Positions 1-11,965 of a stretch of DNA of 64,000 bases are shown piece after piece; within the stretch, counting starts at the first letter, position 1; each line of letters opens with the position of its first letter. The position numbers and the translations under genes were made by a program. The notes under the pieces were generated by a model. It was not told where the DNA came from and did not search any database. It worked only from the letters and a program-made list of their open reading frames with translations. The DNA is from an uncultured Gemmatimonadales bacterium (GTDB taxonomy: Bacteria > Gemmatimonadota > Gemmatimonadetes > Gemmatimonadales > GWC2-71-9): the NCBI GenBank assembly GCA_963779755.1, contig CAVZZO010000001.1, forward strand, positions 1,696,001 to 1,760,000, read 5' to 3'.

Positions 1-1
1 G

Positions 2-370
2 CGCAGCATCCTGGAGCAGATCGTCTGGGAGGTGGTCCGGGGGTTGGCCAGCCTGCAGGTCAACGCCCGCATTGCGGGGCCGCTCCGCTCGCCATCGCTG
101 AGTGTCTCGTCCAACCTCGACCAGGCGCTCGCAGCCCGGCTGCAGGCGGTGCTGGGCGAGCAGGTGGCGCGCGCGGAAGCGCGGGTGCGCAGCCAGGTGG
201 ACAGCACGGTGGCGGGGCGGGTGGCGCCGGTGCGGGCGCGAGCCGACTCGGTGCGCGTCTCGATCCAGGAGCGTACCCAGGCGCTGCAGCAGCAGGTGAA
301 GGACGTCAAGGCGCAGCTGGAGGCGCGGCTGCGCGCCCTGACGGGTGGGTTGGGAGGGTTCTTGCAGTGA
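2..370 (+). CDS. 3' end of a gene truncated by the window edge; coiled-coil C-terminus, possibly TIGR03545-family
   Basis: Open frame from base 2 (RSILEQIVWEV...) to TGA at 368-370; LSVSSNLDQAL followed by a heptad-rich helix. Confidence 0.5.
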   Translation, partial: RSILEQIVWEVVRGLASLQVNARIAGPLRSPSLSVSSNLDQALAARLQAVLGEQVARAEARVRSQVDSTVAGRVAPVRARADSVRVSIQERTQALQQQVKDVKAQLEARLRALTGGLGGFLQ

Positions 371-444
371 GCCGTGAGCCGTGAGGCGTGAGCAGTGAGC
401 GATGAGCGGGAGCCCCCGCTCACGGCTCACCGCTTACCCCTCAC
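367..444. repeat. Palindromic heptamer tandem repeat (GTGAGCN x6, then CGCTCAC-like x4)
   Basis: gtgagcc gtgagcc gtgaggc gtgagca gtgagcg atgagcg ... cgctcac ggctcac cgcttac ccctcac. Confidence 0.85.
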
Positions 445-481
445 CACCAAGGAGTCTCAACTTCACTTCCCAGGAGTACGG

Positions 482-1603
482 ATGCGAATAGCCGTACCGA
501 AGGAGCGGGCGCCCGGCGAACGCCGGGTGGCGCTGATTCCCGATTCGGTGGCCCGGTTGATCAAGAAAGGAGCCGAGGTCGCGGTGGAGCGGTCGGCCGG
601 GAACGAAGCCGGGTTTCCCGATCCCGCTTACCAGCAGGCCGGCGCCACCCTGGCCGCCGATGCGGCCGCGGCCTGCGCCGGGGCGGACCTGACCGTCCGG
701 GTGCAGCGGCCCGGCCCCGATGAAATCGGTCTGCTGCCGGAGGGCTCGGCCCTGGTGGGATTTCTCCAGCCCGGCTCCGATCCGGCCTACTTCGAATCGC
801 TGGCCGCGCGGCGCGTCACCAGCTTCAGCATGGAGCGGGTGCCGCGGATTACCCGGGCCCAGTCCATGGACGCGCTGTCGTCGCAGGCTACCGTGGCCGG
901 CTACAAGGCGGTGCTGCTGGGCGCGGCGGCCATGCCGAGGCTGCTGCCGATGCTCACCACGGCCGCGGGCACACTGGCGCCGGCGCGGGCCTTCATTCTG
1001 GGCGCCGGCGTGGCCGGGCTCCAGGCCATTGCCACAGCGCGGCGGCTGGGAGCGGTGGTGGCCGCGTTCGACGTCCGCCCGGCCGTAAAGGAGCAGGTAG
1101 AAAGCCTGGGCGCGTCCTTCCTGGCGGCGGAGGCTGTGAGTCAGGAGGCCGAGACGGCGGGCGGCTATGCCAAGGAACTGGGCGAGGAGCAGCACCGGCG
1201 CGAGCTGGAGCTGATCGGCACCCACCTGCCGGCGATGGATCTGGTCATCACCACGGCGCAGATTCCCGGCCGGCCCGCGCCGCGGCTCATCACCGGCGAC
1301 ATGGTAGCCGGCATGAAGCCCGGCGCCGTGATCATAGACCTCGCCGCCGACAGCGGCGGAAATTGCGAGCTCACCAGGGCAGGCGAAACGGTGGAGGTGG
1401 GGGGCGTGCGCGTGATCGGCGCGCGGAACCTGCCGGCCACGGTCCCGCTCCACGCCAGCCAGATGTACAGCCGCAATCTGCTCACGTTCATCGAATACCT
1501 GCTGAAGGACGGGGCGCTGGCGATCGACCTGGACGATCCCATCACCGGCCCCATGTGTCTCACCCACGCGGGCGCGGTGCGCGCCGGGGAAGGTGCCGCA
1601 TGA
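482..1603 (+). CDS. pntAA: NAD(P) transhydrogenase subunit alpha, part 1 (NAD-binding dI)
   Basis: MRIAVPKE...ERRVAL, RITRAQSMDALSSQ, GAGVAGLQAIATARRLGA, GGYAKE; GGAG SD before ATG at 482. Confidence 0.95.
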   Translation: MRIAVPKERAPGERRVALIPDSVARLIKKGAEVAVERSAGNEAGFPDPAYQQAGATLAADAAAACAGADLTVRVQRPGPDEIGLLPEGSALVGFLQPGSDPAYFESLAARRVTSFSMERVPRITRAQSMDALSSQATVAGYKAVLLGAAAMPRLLPMLTTAAGTLAPARAFILGAGVAGLQAIATARRLGAVVAAFDVRPAVKEQVESLGASFLAAEAVSQEAETAGGYAKELGEEQHRRELELIGTHLPAMDLVITTAQIPGRPAPRLITGDMVAGMKPGAVIIDLAADSGGNCELTRAGETVEVGGVRVIGARNLPATVPLHASQMYSRNLLTFIEYLLKDGALAIDLDDPITGPMCLTHAGAVRAGEGAA

Positions 1604-1890
1604 GCGAGACCCTGATCGTCGGGATCGTGATCTTTACGCTGGCCACGTTCCTCGGTGTCGAGCTGATTCACCGGGTGCCGGCCACGCTGCATACGCCGCT
1701 CATGTCGGGCGCCAACGCCATCAGCGGCATCACCGTCGTCGGTGCGCTCATCGTGGCCGGCGGGGGCTACGGCTGGATTTCCCAGGTCTTCGGATTCGGC
1801 GCGCTGGTGTTCGCCATGATGAACGTGGTGGGCGGCTACGCCGTCACCGACCGGATGCTCCAGATGTTCCGCCGCAAGGAGGAGAAGTGA
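1600..1890 (+). CDS. pntAB: NAD(P) transhydrogenase subunit alpha, part 2 (membrane)
   Basis: VPATLHTPLMSGANAISG, NVVGGYAVTDRMLQMF; ATGA overlap with pntAA. Confidence 0.95.
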   Translation: MSETLIVGIVIFTLATFLGVELIHRVPATLHTPLMSGANAISGITVVGALIVAGGGYGWISQVFGFGALVFAMMNVVGGYAVTDRMLQMFRRKEEK

Positions 1891-3278
1891 TGCCCGCCAC
1901 CCTGGTAGAGCTCAGCTATCTCGTCGCTGCGGTCCTGTTCATTCTGGGGCTCAAGCGCCTGTCCAGCCCGGCCACCGCCCGGCAGGGCAACCTCCTGAGC
2001 GGCCTCGGCATGCTGCTCGCGATCATCGTGACGCTGTTCAACCGCGAGATCCTGTCGTTCCCCATCATCATCGCCGGGCTGGTAGTGGGCTCGGGCATCG
2101 GGCTCTGGATGGCGCGGACGGTCAAGATGACGTCCATGCCCCAGATGGTGGCGCTGCTCAACGGTTTCGGCGGGGCGGCGTCGCTGCTGGTGGGCGGGGC
2201 GGAGTTCCTCAAGAGCCAGCTGGCGGGGCAGCCGCTGCCGCCGGATACCGATATCACCATTCAACTGAGCCTGCTGATCGGGGCGGTAACCTTCACGGGC
2301 AGCCTCATTGCCTTCGCCAAGCTGCAGGAGCTCATGCGGGGGCAGGCCATCACTTTCCCGCTGCAGAAGGCGGTCAACGCGCTGATCTTCCTGGGCATCG
2401 CCGGGCTGGCGACCTACCAGGTGGCGACCGCGGGCTCGATCCTGTGGCCCTTCTATACCGTGATCGGGCTGTCGCTGCTGCTGGGCATTCTGGTGGTGAT
2501 CCCCATCGGCGGGGCCGACATGCCGGTGGTCATCTCGCTGCTCAACAGCTATTCCGGCATCGCCGCCGCCATGACCGGTTTCGTCATCCAGAACCACGTG
2601 CTGATCATCGCCGGGGCGCTGGTGGGCAGCTCGGGCATCATTCTGAGCCAGATCATGTGCCGGGCGATGAACCGCTCGCTCACCAACGTGCTGTTCGGCG
2701 CCTTCGGCGCCACCGCCGGCGGCCCGAAGAAATCGGCCGAGGGGCTGACCGTCCGGCAGGTAACGGCCGAGGACGCGGCGGTCCAGCTGGCCTACGCCCG
2801 GCTGGTGATCGTGGTGCCGGGCTACGGCCTGGCGGTGGCGCAGGCACAGCACCAGGTACGGGAACTGGCCGATCTGATCGAGAAGCGGGGCGGGGAAGTG
2901 AAGTACGCCATTCACCCCGTGGCGGGGCGGATGCCGGGGCACATGAACGTGCTGCTGGCGGAGGCCAACGTGCCCTACGACAAGCTGTATGACATGGACG
3001 AGATCAACAGCGAGTTCGACCGGGCCGATGTGGCGCTGGTGATCGGGGCGAACGACGTGGTGAACCCCGCCGCCCGCAGCGATCCGGGGAGCCCGATCTA
3101 CGGCATGCCGATTCTGGATGTCGATCACGCACAGAGCATCATCGTGATGAAGCGCAGCATGAACCCCGGCTTCGCCGGTATCGAGAACGAACTCTTCTAT
3201 AATCCGAAGACCAGCATGCTGTTCGGCGATGCCAAGGCGAGCCTGACGAAGCTGGTGAGCGAGGTGAAGGCACTCTAG
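1890..3278 (+). CDS. pntB: NAD(P) transhydrogenase subunit beta
   Basis: MTSMPQMVALLNGFGG, IGGADMPVVISLLNSYSG, IHPVAGRMPGHMNVLLAEA, GANDVVNPAA; TGATG overlap. Confidence 0.96.
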   Translation: MPATLVELSYLVAAVLFILGLKRLSSPATARQGNLLSGLGMLLAIIVTLFNREILSFPIIIAGLVVGSGIGLWMARTVKMTSMPQMVALLNGFGGAASLLVGGAEFLKSQLAGQPLPPDTDITIQLSLLIGAVTFTGSLIAFAKLQELMRGQAITFPLQKAVNALIFLGIAGLATYQVATAGSILWPFYTVIGLSLLLGILVVIPIGGADMPVVISLLNSYSGIAAAMTGFVIQNHVLIIAGALVGSSGIILSQIMCRAMNRSLTNVLFGAFGATAGGPKKSAEGLTVRQVTAEDAAVQLAYARLVIVVPGYGLAVAQAQHQVRELADLIEKRGGEVKYAIHPVAGRMPGHMNVLLAEANVPYDKLYDMDEINSEFDRADVALVIGANDVVNPAARSDPGSPIYGMPILDVDHAQSIIVMKRSMNPGFAGIENELFYNPKTSMLFGDAKASLTKLVSEVKAL

Positions 3279-3358
3279 GGAAACGGGAATGGGGAAATGA
3301 ACAGCGGGAAAGGGAGCATGGGCGCCCTTTCCCGCTTCCCGTTTCCCGGTTCCCGTTT
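3278..3358. repeat. Palindromic heptamer repeat (GGGAAAN / GTTTCCC-like) between convergent genes; probable terminator hairpin
   Basis: gggaaac gggaatg gggaaat ... ctttccc gcttccc gtttccc ggttccc. Confidence 0.75.
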
Positions 3359-3361
3359 GCT

Positions 3362-3934
3362 TTACGGCGCCAACCGCGGCTCCGCGATGCCCGCGTTCTT
3401 CGCGATCCGCTCCTGCGCCTCCCGGTAGTTCTGGGCGAACTCCTCGCGCCAGCCGGCCGGCATGTTGGCGCGGAAGTAGTCAGCGGTCATGATCTCCTTG
3501 CCGCCGCCCCGGGTGGTCGCCTCGACCTGGCCCAGGAAACAGGTGCTGGCGCCCCCGTCCATGGTGTTGACCAGCCGGCATTCGAAGGCCGCATAGCAGT
3601 CCAGCAGCACCGGCACGCCGCCCAGGCCCAGCCGGAAGGGGATGTCCTTGAGCTTCTCCCGTGCCCGGCCGCTTACGAACCCCAGGTCATAGATCAGGTC
3701 AAACTGTTCCCGGTGCAGCAGATGGGCGGTGAAGCGGCCGCTCTGCCAGATCAGTTCGTGGCTGAGATGCCATTTGTGGACATAGATGGAGAGCCGGGGG
3801 AACTGGGGCGAGATGGTGGCCCGGGCCGCGCTGTCCAGGATCATCCCGTTGTTCCGCCCGCCATGGCTGGCGGTCACCGCCACCACCGGGGAGGCCAGGC
3901 GCCGGAGCAGCTCGTATTCGTCGCTGGTGAGCAT
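3362..3934 (-). CDS. Flavin reductase-like (FMN-binding split barrel) protein
   Basis: PVVAVTA..GGRNNGM, GFVSGRAREKL, GVPVLLDCYAAFECRL...DGGASTCFLGQV. Confidence 0.85.
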   Translation of the reverse strand: MLTSDEYELLRRLASPVVAVTASHGGRNNGMILDSAARATISPQFPRLSIYVHKWHLSHELIWQSGRFTAHLLHREQFDLIYDLGFVSGRAREKLKDIPFRLGLGGVPVLLDCYAAFECRLVNTMDGGASTCFLGQVEATTRGGGKEIMTADYFRANMPAGWREEFAQNYREAQERIAKNAGIAEPRLAP

Positions 3935-4179
3935 GAGGCGAATCTAGTCGGGCGCAGCCCTCGTACAAGAAACGGGAACTTTCGCGGGTCCAGGGGGTTC
4001 CTCGCTGTGAGGGACCAGGATGTTGCTGAACACGCGGTCAGTTCTGCCGACGTGATCTGGACCCGTGACGAAAATGTGATCCAGCGCATCTATAGAGGAG
4101 TGCCACGGACGGGCGGAGTCGTTCGTCTTGGCCGTTCTGGGGTGACTCGCTGCAAGTAGCAGAGACACTACGAGTTACC

Positions 4180-4215
4180 TAAGGTGTTGATTTTGTGTAG
4201 TTTAAGTGATATATT
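4180..4215 (+). promoter_or_regulatory. Sigma70-type promoter for the sigma factor gene, overlapped by an IHF-consensus site
   Basis: TTGATT (4187-4192), 17 nt, TATATT (4210-4215) in an AT-rich patch; TAAggtgTTGATT (4180-4192) fits YAANNNNTTGATW. Confidence 0.55.
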
Positions 4216-4289
4216 TACCGGCTAATTATTGCACAGTCCCTGTTCGCGATGCGCGCCGTGGGGCTTGACGCATCGCAAGGAGGGTAAGA

Positions 4290-5189
4290 GTGAAAGTCGT
4301 AAAGTCTCGCGTGCGGCGCCGTCGGCCCATCCGGCCGGCCCAGATTGCGAAGGCGGTGGATGAGGGTCGCGAGAGTCTGGACCTGTACCTGGACGAGATC
4401 AGTCGGGTACCCCTGCTCTCCCGGGAAGAGGAGATGGAACTGGCCCACAAGGCCTTCAAGGGGAACGTAGCGGCCCAGGAGAAGCTGGCCCGGCACAACG
4501 TCCGGTTCGTGGTCTCGGTGGCCAAGAAGTTCCAGAACCGGGGTGTGCCTCTCGTCGATCTGATCGGCGAAGGCAATCTGGGCCTGATGACCGCCGCGCG
4601 GAAATTCGATCCCAACCGTGGGGTCAAGTTCATTTCCTACGCGGTCTGGTGGATTCGCCAGGCGGTGCAGGCGGCGATCGCGCGGCATGGCCGTCCGGTC
4701 CGGGTGCCGCTCAACCGTACCGCCGATCTCAACCGGCTGAGTCGCACGGTCACGCTGCTCAAGGACCGGTTGGGGCGGATGCCCACCACCGAGGAGCTGG
4801 TGCGGGCCACCGGGCTCACGCACGAAGCCGTGCGCAGCCTGAGCGCGCTCAACTCCGAGGCCGTCCGGCTCGACCATCCCGTACGGGACGGCGAGGCGAG
4901 CGAGCGCATCGAGCGGTTTGCCATGACGGAGCAGGAAGGCACCGACTCGACCGCCATCGCCAACAGCCAGACCAGTTACATCGAAGCGGCGCTGGCCACC
5001 CTGCCGCCCCGCGATGCCAAGGTGCTCCGACTCTATTTCGGCCTGGACGACGGCAACAGCCGTACCCTGGAGGAAATCGGCCGGATGATGGGCGTCACCC
5101 GCGAGCGCATCCGGCAGCTGCGCGACCGCGCACTGCTGCGGCTCCGGGAGGGCGACCAGAGCTCCAAACTGAAGGATCTGGTGGCGTAA
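4290..5189 (+). CDS. RNA polymerase sigma factor, RpoD/RpoS family (lacks region 1.1)
   Basis: Region 1.2 LDLYLDEISRVPLLSREEE, region 2 DLIGEGNLGL..AARKFD..GVKFISYAVWWIRQA, region 4 TLEEIG..GVTRERIRQL; GGAGG SD, GTG start. Confidence 0.93.
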   Translation: MKVVKSRVRRRRPIRPAQIAKAVDEGRESLDLYLDEISRVPLLSREEEMELAHKAFKGNVAAQEKLARHNVRFVVSVAKKFQNRGVPLVDLIGEGNLGLMTAARKFDPNRGVKFISYAVWWIRQAVQAAIARHGRPVRVPLNRTADLNRLSRTVTLLKDRLGRMPTTEELVRATGLTHEAVRSLSALNSEAVRLDHPVRDGEASERIERFAMTEQEGTDSTAIANSQTSYIEAALATLPPRDAKVLRLYFGLDDGNSRTLEEIGRMMGVTRERIRQLRDRALLRLREGDQSSKLKDLVA

Positions 5190-5193
5190 GCGC

Positions 5194-5256
5194 GGCCCGG
5201 TCCGGAAACGCAAGCGGCCCTCCCTCGGGAGGGCCGCTTGGCGTTTGGACCGGGCC
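5194..5256. terminator. Long hairpin between convergent sigma factor and acnA; probable bidirectional terminator
   Basis: caagcggccctcc-ctcg-ggagggccgcttg core, extended by ggcccggtcc / ggaccgggcc. Confidence 0.75.
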
Positions 5257-5315
5257 CCGCAGGAACCGGGAACCAGGGATGCCCCGCTGATCCCCGGTGG
5301 CTGGTTCCCTGATGC

Positions 5316-8102
<2,787 letters not shown>

Positions 8103-8301
8103 GGCTCCGGAGGGTTCTGGTTGCGGAATGCCGCCAACCTGTCAAGTATAGTATGCTGCCTCGCATCCTGAAGGCCGCGATCCGACGATCAATCACGCAC
8201 CCGGGTGACGTTTCACCCGCGAACCGCTCACCCGGCGGGGAGGGAGTCGCAAGTCATGGCGGTATTCCATCCTGACAGCCCAGCCCGGCGGTCCTGAGAC
8301 G

Positions 8302-8595
8302 ATGGTGCCCGGCCTGCAAGTCTGGCTCTGGATCTGGTACGGGATTCTCGCCCTCGGCATTGTCGGGCTCGCGGTGGCCATCTACTGGGGCCGGATGACA
8401 CGGTTCCGCAATCTGGACGAGATCTACCGCGGCGCGGGTACCATCTGCGTCTCGCTGGGAATGATCTTCCTGCTCCGCCACCTCTCCAGCTGGTTTGGCC
8501 GGGTGCTGCTGTTGCTCGCCCTCGGCGCCTTCATTGCCGCCTTCGTGTACGGCCGCCGTCCCCGGCCGCCGGATTCGGGCCCCCACGCGGCCTGA
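8302..8595 (+). CDS. Small membrane protein (3 predicted TM helices), function unknown
   Basis: 97-aa ORF with three hydrophobic segments and GC-rich codon usage. Confidence 0.65.
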   Translation: MVPGLQVWLWIWYGILALGIVGLAVAIYWGRMTRFRNLDEIYRGAGTICVSLGMIFLLRHLSSWFGRVLLLLALGAFIAAFVYGRRPRPPDSGPHAA

Positions 8596-8702
8596 GCACA
8601 AAGGGGACCTGCTCCCTTGCAAATCGTCCGTGCGCCGCTATGTATTGGACAGCAAACACGTTCCGGCATATGCCGGAACCGGATTTCACCCCGGGGGCGT
8701 GT

Positions 8703-9206
8703 ATGGCGGAGGAGGCGCGGCATTCGATTCTGGGTGAGGGCAGCACCGTGGGGATCATCGGCGCGGTCATCGTCGCGCTGTGGTTTCTCCTGCTCGACCT
8801 CGTGGACCACCGTCCCTTCTACACCCCGAGTATCCTGGGGCAGGTGATCCTCCTGGGGCGGGAGAACCCGGCCACCGGTCTGGTGCCCGAGGCCATTGCC
8901 CTGTACAGCTTCGTGCACTTCGCGGCCTTCGTGGTCTTCGGGATCGTCACCGTCCAGCTGGTGCACATGGCGACCCGCCAGTCGTTTTTCCGCTTCGCCC
9001 TGCTACTGCTGTTCGTGGGCTTCGAGTTCTTCTTCTACGGTTTCACCTACATTTTCTTCGCCGGCACGCGGGGGCTTTTCCCCTGGTGGTCCATTCTCGC
9101 GGCCAATACCCTGGCCGCCATCGGCATGGGCCTCTATATCATCCGGTCCCACCCCGGGCTCAAGGAATCGTGGGACCACCAGCCGCTGGGCGCGGAGACC
9201 ACCTGA
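8703..9206 (+). CDS. Hypothetical membrane protein (4 predicted TM helices)
   Basis: MAEEARHSILGEG.. with four hydrophobic helices; GGGGG before ATG at 8703. Confidence 0.7.
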   Translation: MAEEARHSILGEGSTVGIIGAVIVALWFLLLDLVDHRPFYTPSILGQVILLGRENPATGLVPEAIALYSFVHFAAFVVFGIVTVQLVHMATRQSFFRFALLLLFVGFEFFFYGFTYIFFAGTRGLFPWWSILAANTLAAIGMGLYIIRSHPGLKESWDHQPLGAETT

Positions 9207-9225
9207 CATCAATCCGGGCACCGTC

Positions 9226-9318
9226 CACGCACAGGAGAACGCAAGAGACGCAGAGTCACGCGGAGGAAGAACAGACAATTTCCTCTGCGGGTCTCTGCGT
9301 GTTCCGTGTTCTCCTGTG
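9226..9318. repeat. Imperfect inverted repeat built from about 9-mer ACGCAGAG-like units
   Basis: cacaggagaac...acgcagag...acgcggag / ctctgcgg..ctctgcgt..gttctcctgtg. Confidence 0.7.
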
Positions 9319-9373
9319 ACGAATCGGTGTCTGTTAGTTTACTGCTACCCCGACATTCCCAGGCGGTCCTGCC

Positions 9374-11965
9374 GTGCGTCGCTTTACCGGTCTCGTGGTC
9401 TCGTGTGCGCTGATACTGCTCCCCGCGGCGGCCGCCGCCCAGGCGCAGCCCGCCGGCACCGGCGGACTGATGGCGGTGGACCAGCGGCTGCGCATGCTGG
9501 GCGCGGTGCGGCGGGTGCTGGTGATCGGCGCGCATCCCGATGACGAGGACACCGATCTCCTCACCCTGCTAGTGCGGGGCGAGGGCGCCGAAGCGGCCTA
9601 TCTGGCCCTGGACCGGGGGGAGGGCGGCCAGAATCTCATCGGCCCCGAGCTGGGCGAGGCGCTGGGTCTGCTGCGTACCGAGGAACTGATGGGAGCGCGC
9701 CGGCTCGACGGCGCCGGCCAGTTCTTCACCCGGGCCTACGACTTCGGCTTTTCCAAGACGCAGGCCGAGACCTGGACCCACTGGGACAAGGACTCGATCC
9801 TCAAGGACGTGGTGCGGATCATCCGCCGCTATCAGCCGCAGGTGGTGGTGTCGATCTTCAGCGGCACTCCCCGCGACGGCCATGGCCAGCACCAGGCGGC
9901 CGGCTGGGTCGCCCACGAGGCGTTCCGCGTGGCGGGCGATTCGACCGTCTTTCCCGAGCTGGAGCGGCAGGAAGGCCTGGCGCCATGGACACCCGCCAAG
10001 CTCTACCACAGCACCAGCTACGACACGGTGGGCACGACGCTGACGCTCAACAGCGGGGCGCTGGATGCCGTCGTGGGGCAATCCTACCATCAGATCGCCA
10101 TGCGGGGCCGCAGCCAGCACCGCTCGCAGGACATGGGGCGGCTGCAGCGGATGGGGCCGGCCGCGGTGCGGCTGCAGCTCCTGACGGACCGTACCGGGCA
10201 TGGCAGTGGCGGCGTGTTTGCGGGAGTGGATACCTCGCTCTCGGGCAATGCGTTGTTCTCCCGTCCGCTGCAGGCGGGGCCGCATCTCCAGCGTTTTCAT
10301 GCCCTGCTGGATTCCGCACGGGCCAATGCCACGCCGGGGGCGCTGGTCCGCGTGCCCGAGCTGCTGCAGTCGGCCCAGGCCGAGCTGCAGCTGGCGGCCG
10401 GCTCGCCGCGCCGGGAGCTCGAGCCGGTCTCCGCCGCCGGGCGCGATCTGCTGGCGCACCTGCGGGCCGCCTACATGGCGGCGCGGGGGGTCGTGCTCGA
10501 CGCGGTCACGGAGGACGACCGTCTGGTGCCGGGGCAGGCCCTCCCGGTGACCCTGTCGGTCTGGAACACGTCTCCGGCGCCGGCCGGGGTGCGGCTGGAG
10601 GTGCGGCCCGGCATGCCGGGGGAAAGCGCCGCGGGCTCGCTCCGGGGGCGCACCGACTGCGTGTCCGTACCGCCGGGCCAGCTGGTGACCCAGGTGCTGC
10701 AGCTCGCGGTGCCTCCCGACCAGCCCCTTACCAACCCGTACTTTCTCGACCGGCCCCGCCAGGGCGGCATGTACGCGCCGTCCCCGGCGGCGGTGAGCGG
10801 CCTGCCGCGTAACCCGCCGCTGGTCGTGACCGACCTGCGCTCCTGCGATCCCGGCCAGGACCTGATGCAGGAGACCCGGGAAGTGACCGACCGCTTCGTG
10901 GATCAGGCCCAGGGTGAGATCCGCCGACCGCTGGCGGTGGTGCCGAGAGTGGGGGTGGAGCTCGCACCCGGCACGGATCTGTGGCGTGCCGACGGCGGCC
11001 CGGAGCACCGGTTTACCGTGACGCTCACGCACGGGGCGCCGGACTCGACCCGCGGGACCATCGCCCTGGAGGCGCCGGAGGGGTGGACGGTGTCGGACCC
11101 CCAGCGATTCCTGCTGGAAGGCCCGGAGGAACGCGTGGCGTTCACCTTCACGGTGCGGCCTCCGGCGCAGGCGCGCGGGGCGTTCACTCTTCGCGCGGTG
11201 GCGCACGATGCCGACGGGCGCAACTACGCCACCGGCAGCTTCACGGTCGACTACCCTCACATCCGGCCGGTCTTCTACACCCGGTCCGCCACGGCCACCG
11301 TCGATATCGCGTCGCTGGCGCTGCCGAAGCTCTCCCGGGTGGGCTACGTGCGCGGCGCGGCGGACCGGGTGCCGGAAGCGCTGGCCAGCGTGGGTGTACC
11401 CATCGTGATGCTCGGCCCCGCGGAGCTGGAGGAGGGCGATCTTTCGCGCTATGACGCGATCGTCATCGGCAGCCGCGCCTACGAGACCGACTCGGCGCTG
11501 GTGGAGAACAACCGCCGGCTTCTGGCCTATGTGCGCAGCGGCGGGCTGCTCATCGTGCAGTATCAGCAGTATCAGTTCGTGCAGGGCGGTTTCGCGCCCT
11601 TCCCGCTGGCTATCGCGCGGCCGCACGACCGCGTCACCGATGAAAACGCGCCGGTCACGCCGGTGGCGCCCAATGAGCCGGTGCTGACCACGCCCAACCG
11701 GATCGGTCCCGACGACTGGAAGGGCTGGGTACAGGAGCGGGGACTCTATTTTGCCCACACCTGGGATCCGGCCTACACGCCGCAGCTCAGCCTGCACGAC
11801 CCCGGCGAGCCGCCGCTGCAAGGCGGATTGCTGATTGCCCGTTCGGGCCGGGGCACCTACGTCTACACCGGGTTGAGTTTTTTCCGTGAGCTGCCGGCGG
11901 CGGTGCCCGGTGCCTACCGCCTCTTCGCCAACCTGCTGGCGCTGGGACAGCAGCCGCGGCCGTGA
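9374..11965 (+). CDS. Secreted PIG-L/LmbE-family deacetylase with NEW3-like and C-terminal GATase-like domains
   Basis: Signal peptide; AHPDDED, RGEGGQNLIG, LRTEEL, FFTRAYDFGFSK, GHGQHQ, RSQHRSQDMG; C-terminal GWVQERGLYF, FFRELPAAVPGAYRLFANL. Confidence 0.88.
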   Translation: MRRFTGLVVSCALILLPAAAAAQAQPAGTGGLMAVDQRLRMLGAVRRVLVIGAHPDDEDTDLLTLLVRGEGAEAAYLALDRGEGGQNLIGPELGEALGLLRTEELMGARRLDGAGQFFTRAYDFGFSKTQAETWTHWDKDSILKDVVRIIRRYQPQVVVSIFSGTPRDGHGQHQAAGWVAHEAFRVAGDSTVFPELERQEGLAPWTPAKLYHSTSYDTVGTTLTLNSGALDAVVGQSYHQIAMRGRSQHRSQDMGRLQRMGPAAVRLQLLTDRTGHGSGGVFAGVDTSLSGNALFSRPLQAGPHLQRFHALLDSARANATPGALVRVPELLQSAQAELQLAAGSPRRELEPVSAAGRDLLAHLRAAYMAARGVVLDAVTEDDRLVPGQALPVTLSVWNTSPAPAGVRLEVRPGMPGESAAGSLRGRTDCVSVPPGQLVTQVLQLAVPPDQPLTNPYFLDRPRQGGMYAPSPAAVSGLPRNPPLVVTDLRSCDPGQDLMQETREVTDRFVDQAQGEIRRPLAVVPRVGVELAPGTDLWRADGGPEHRFTVTLTHGAPDSTRGTIALEAPEGWTVSDPQRFLLEGPEERVAFTFTVRPPAQARGAFTLRAVAHDADGRNYATGSFTVDYPHIRPVFYTRSATATVDIASLALPKLSRVGYVRGAADRVPEALASVGVPIVMLGPAELEEGDLSRYDAIVIGSRAYETDSALVENNRRLLAYVRSGGLLIVQYQQYQFVQGGFAPFPLAIARPHDRVTDENAPVTPVAPNEPVLTTPNRIGPDDWKGWVQERGLYFAHTWDPAYTPQLSLHDPGEPPLQGGLLIARSGRGTYVYTGLSFFRELPAAVPGAYRLFANLLALGQQPRP

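Noticed and set aside
395..481. N-terminal extensions in the ORF track (pntAA, and likewise queE, queC, degP, cold-shock protein, acyl-CoA dehydrogenase)
   Set aside because: They translate intergenic repeats or leaders; downstream starts fit the family N-termini and the SD or -10 positions better.
3944..4168. 74-aa ORF in the sigma factor upstream region
   Set aside because: It has atypical codon usage, no SD and no recognisable motif, so it is more likely regulatory DNA.
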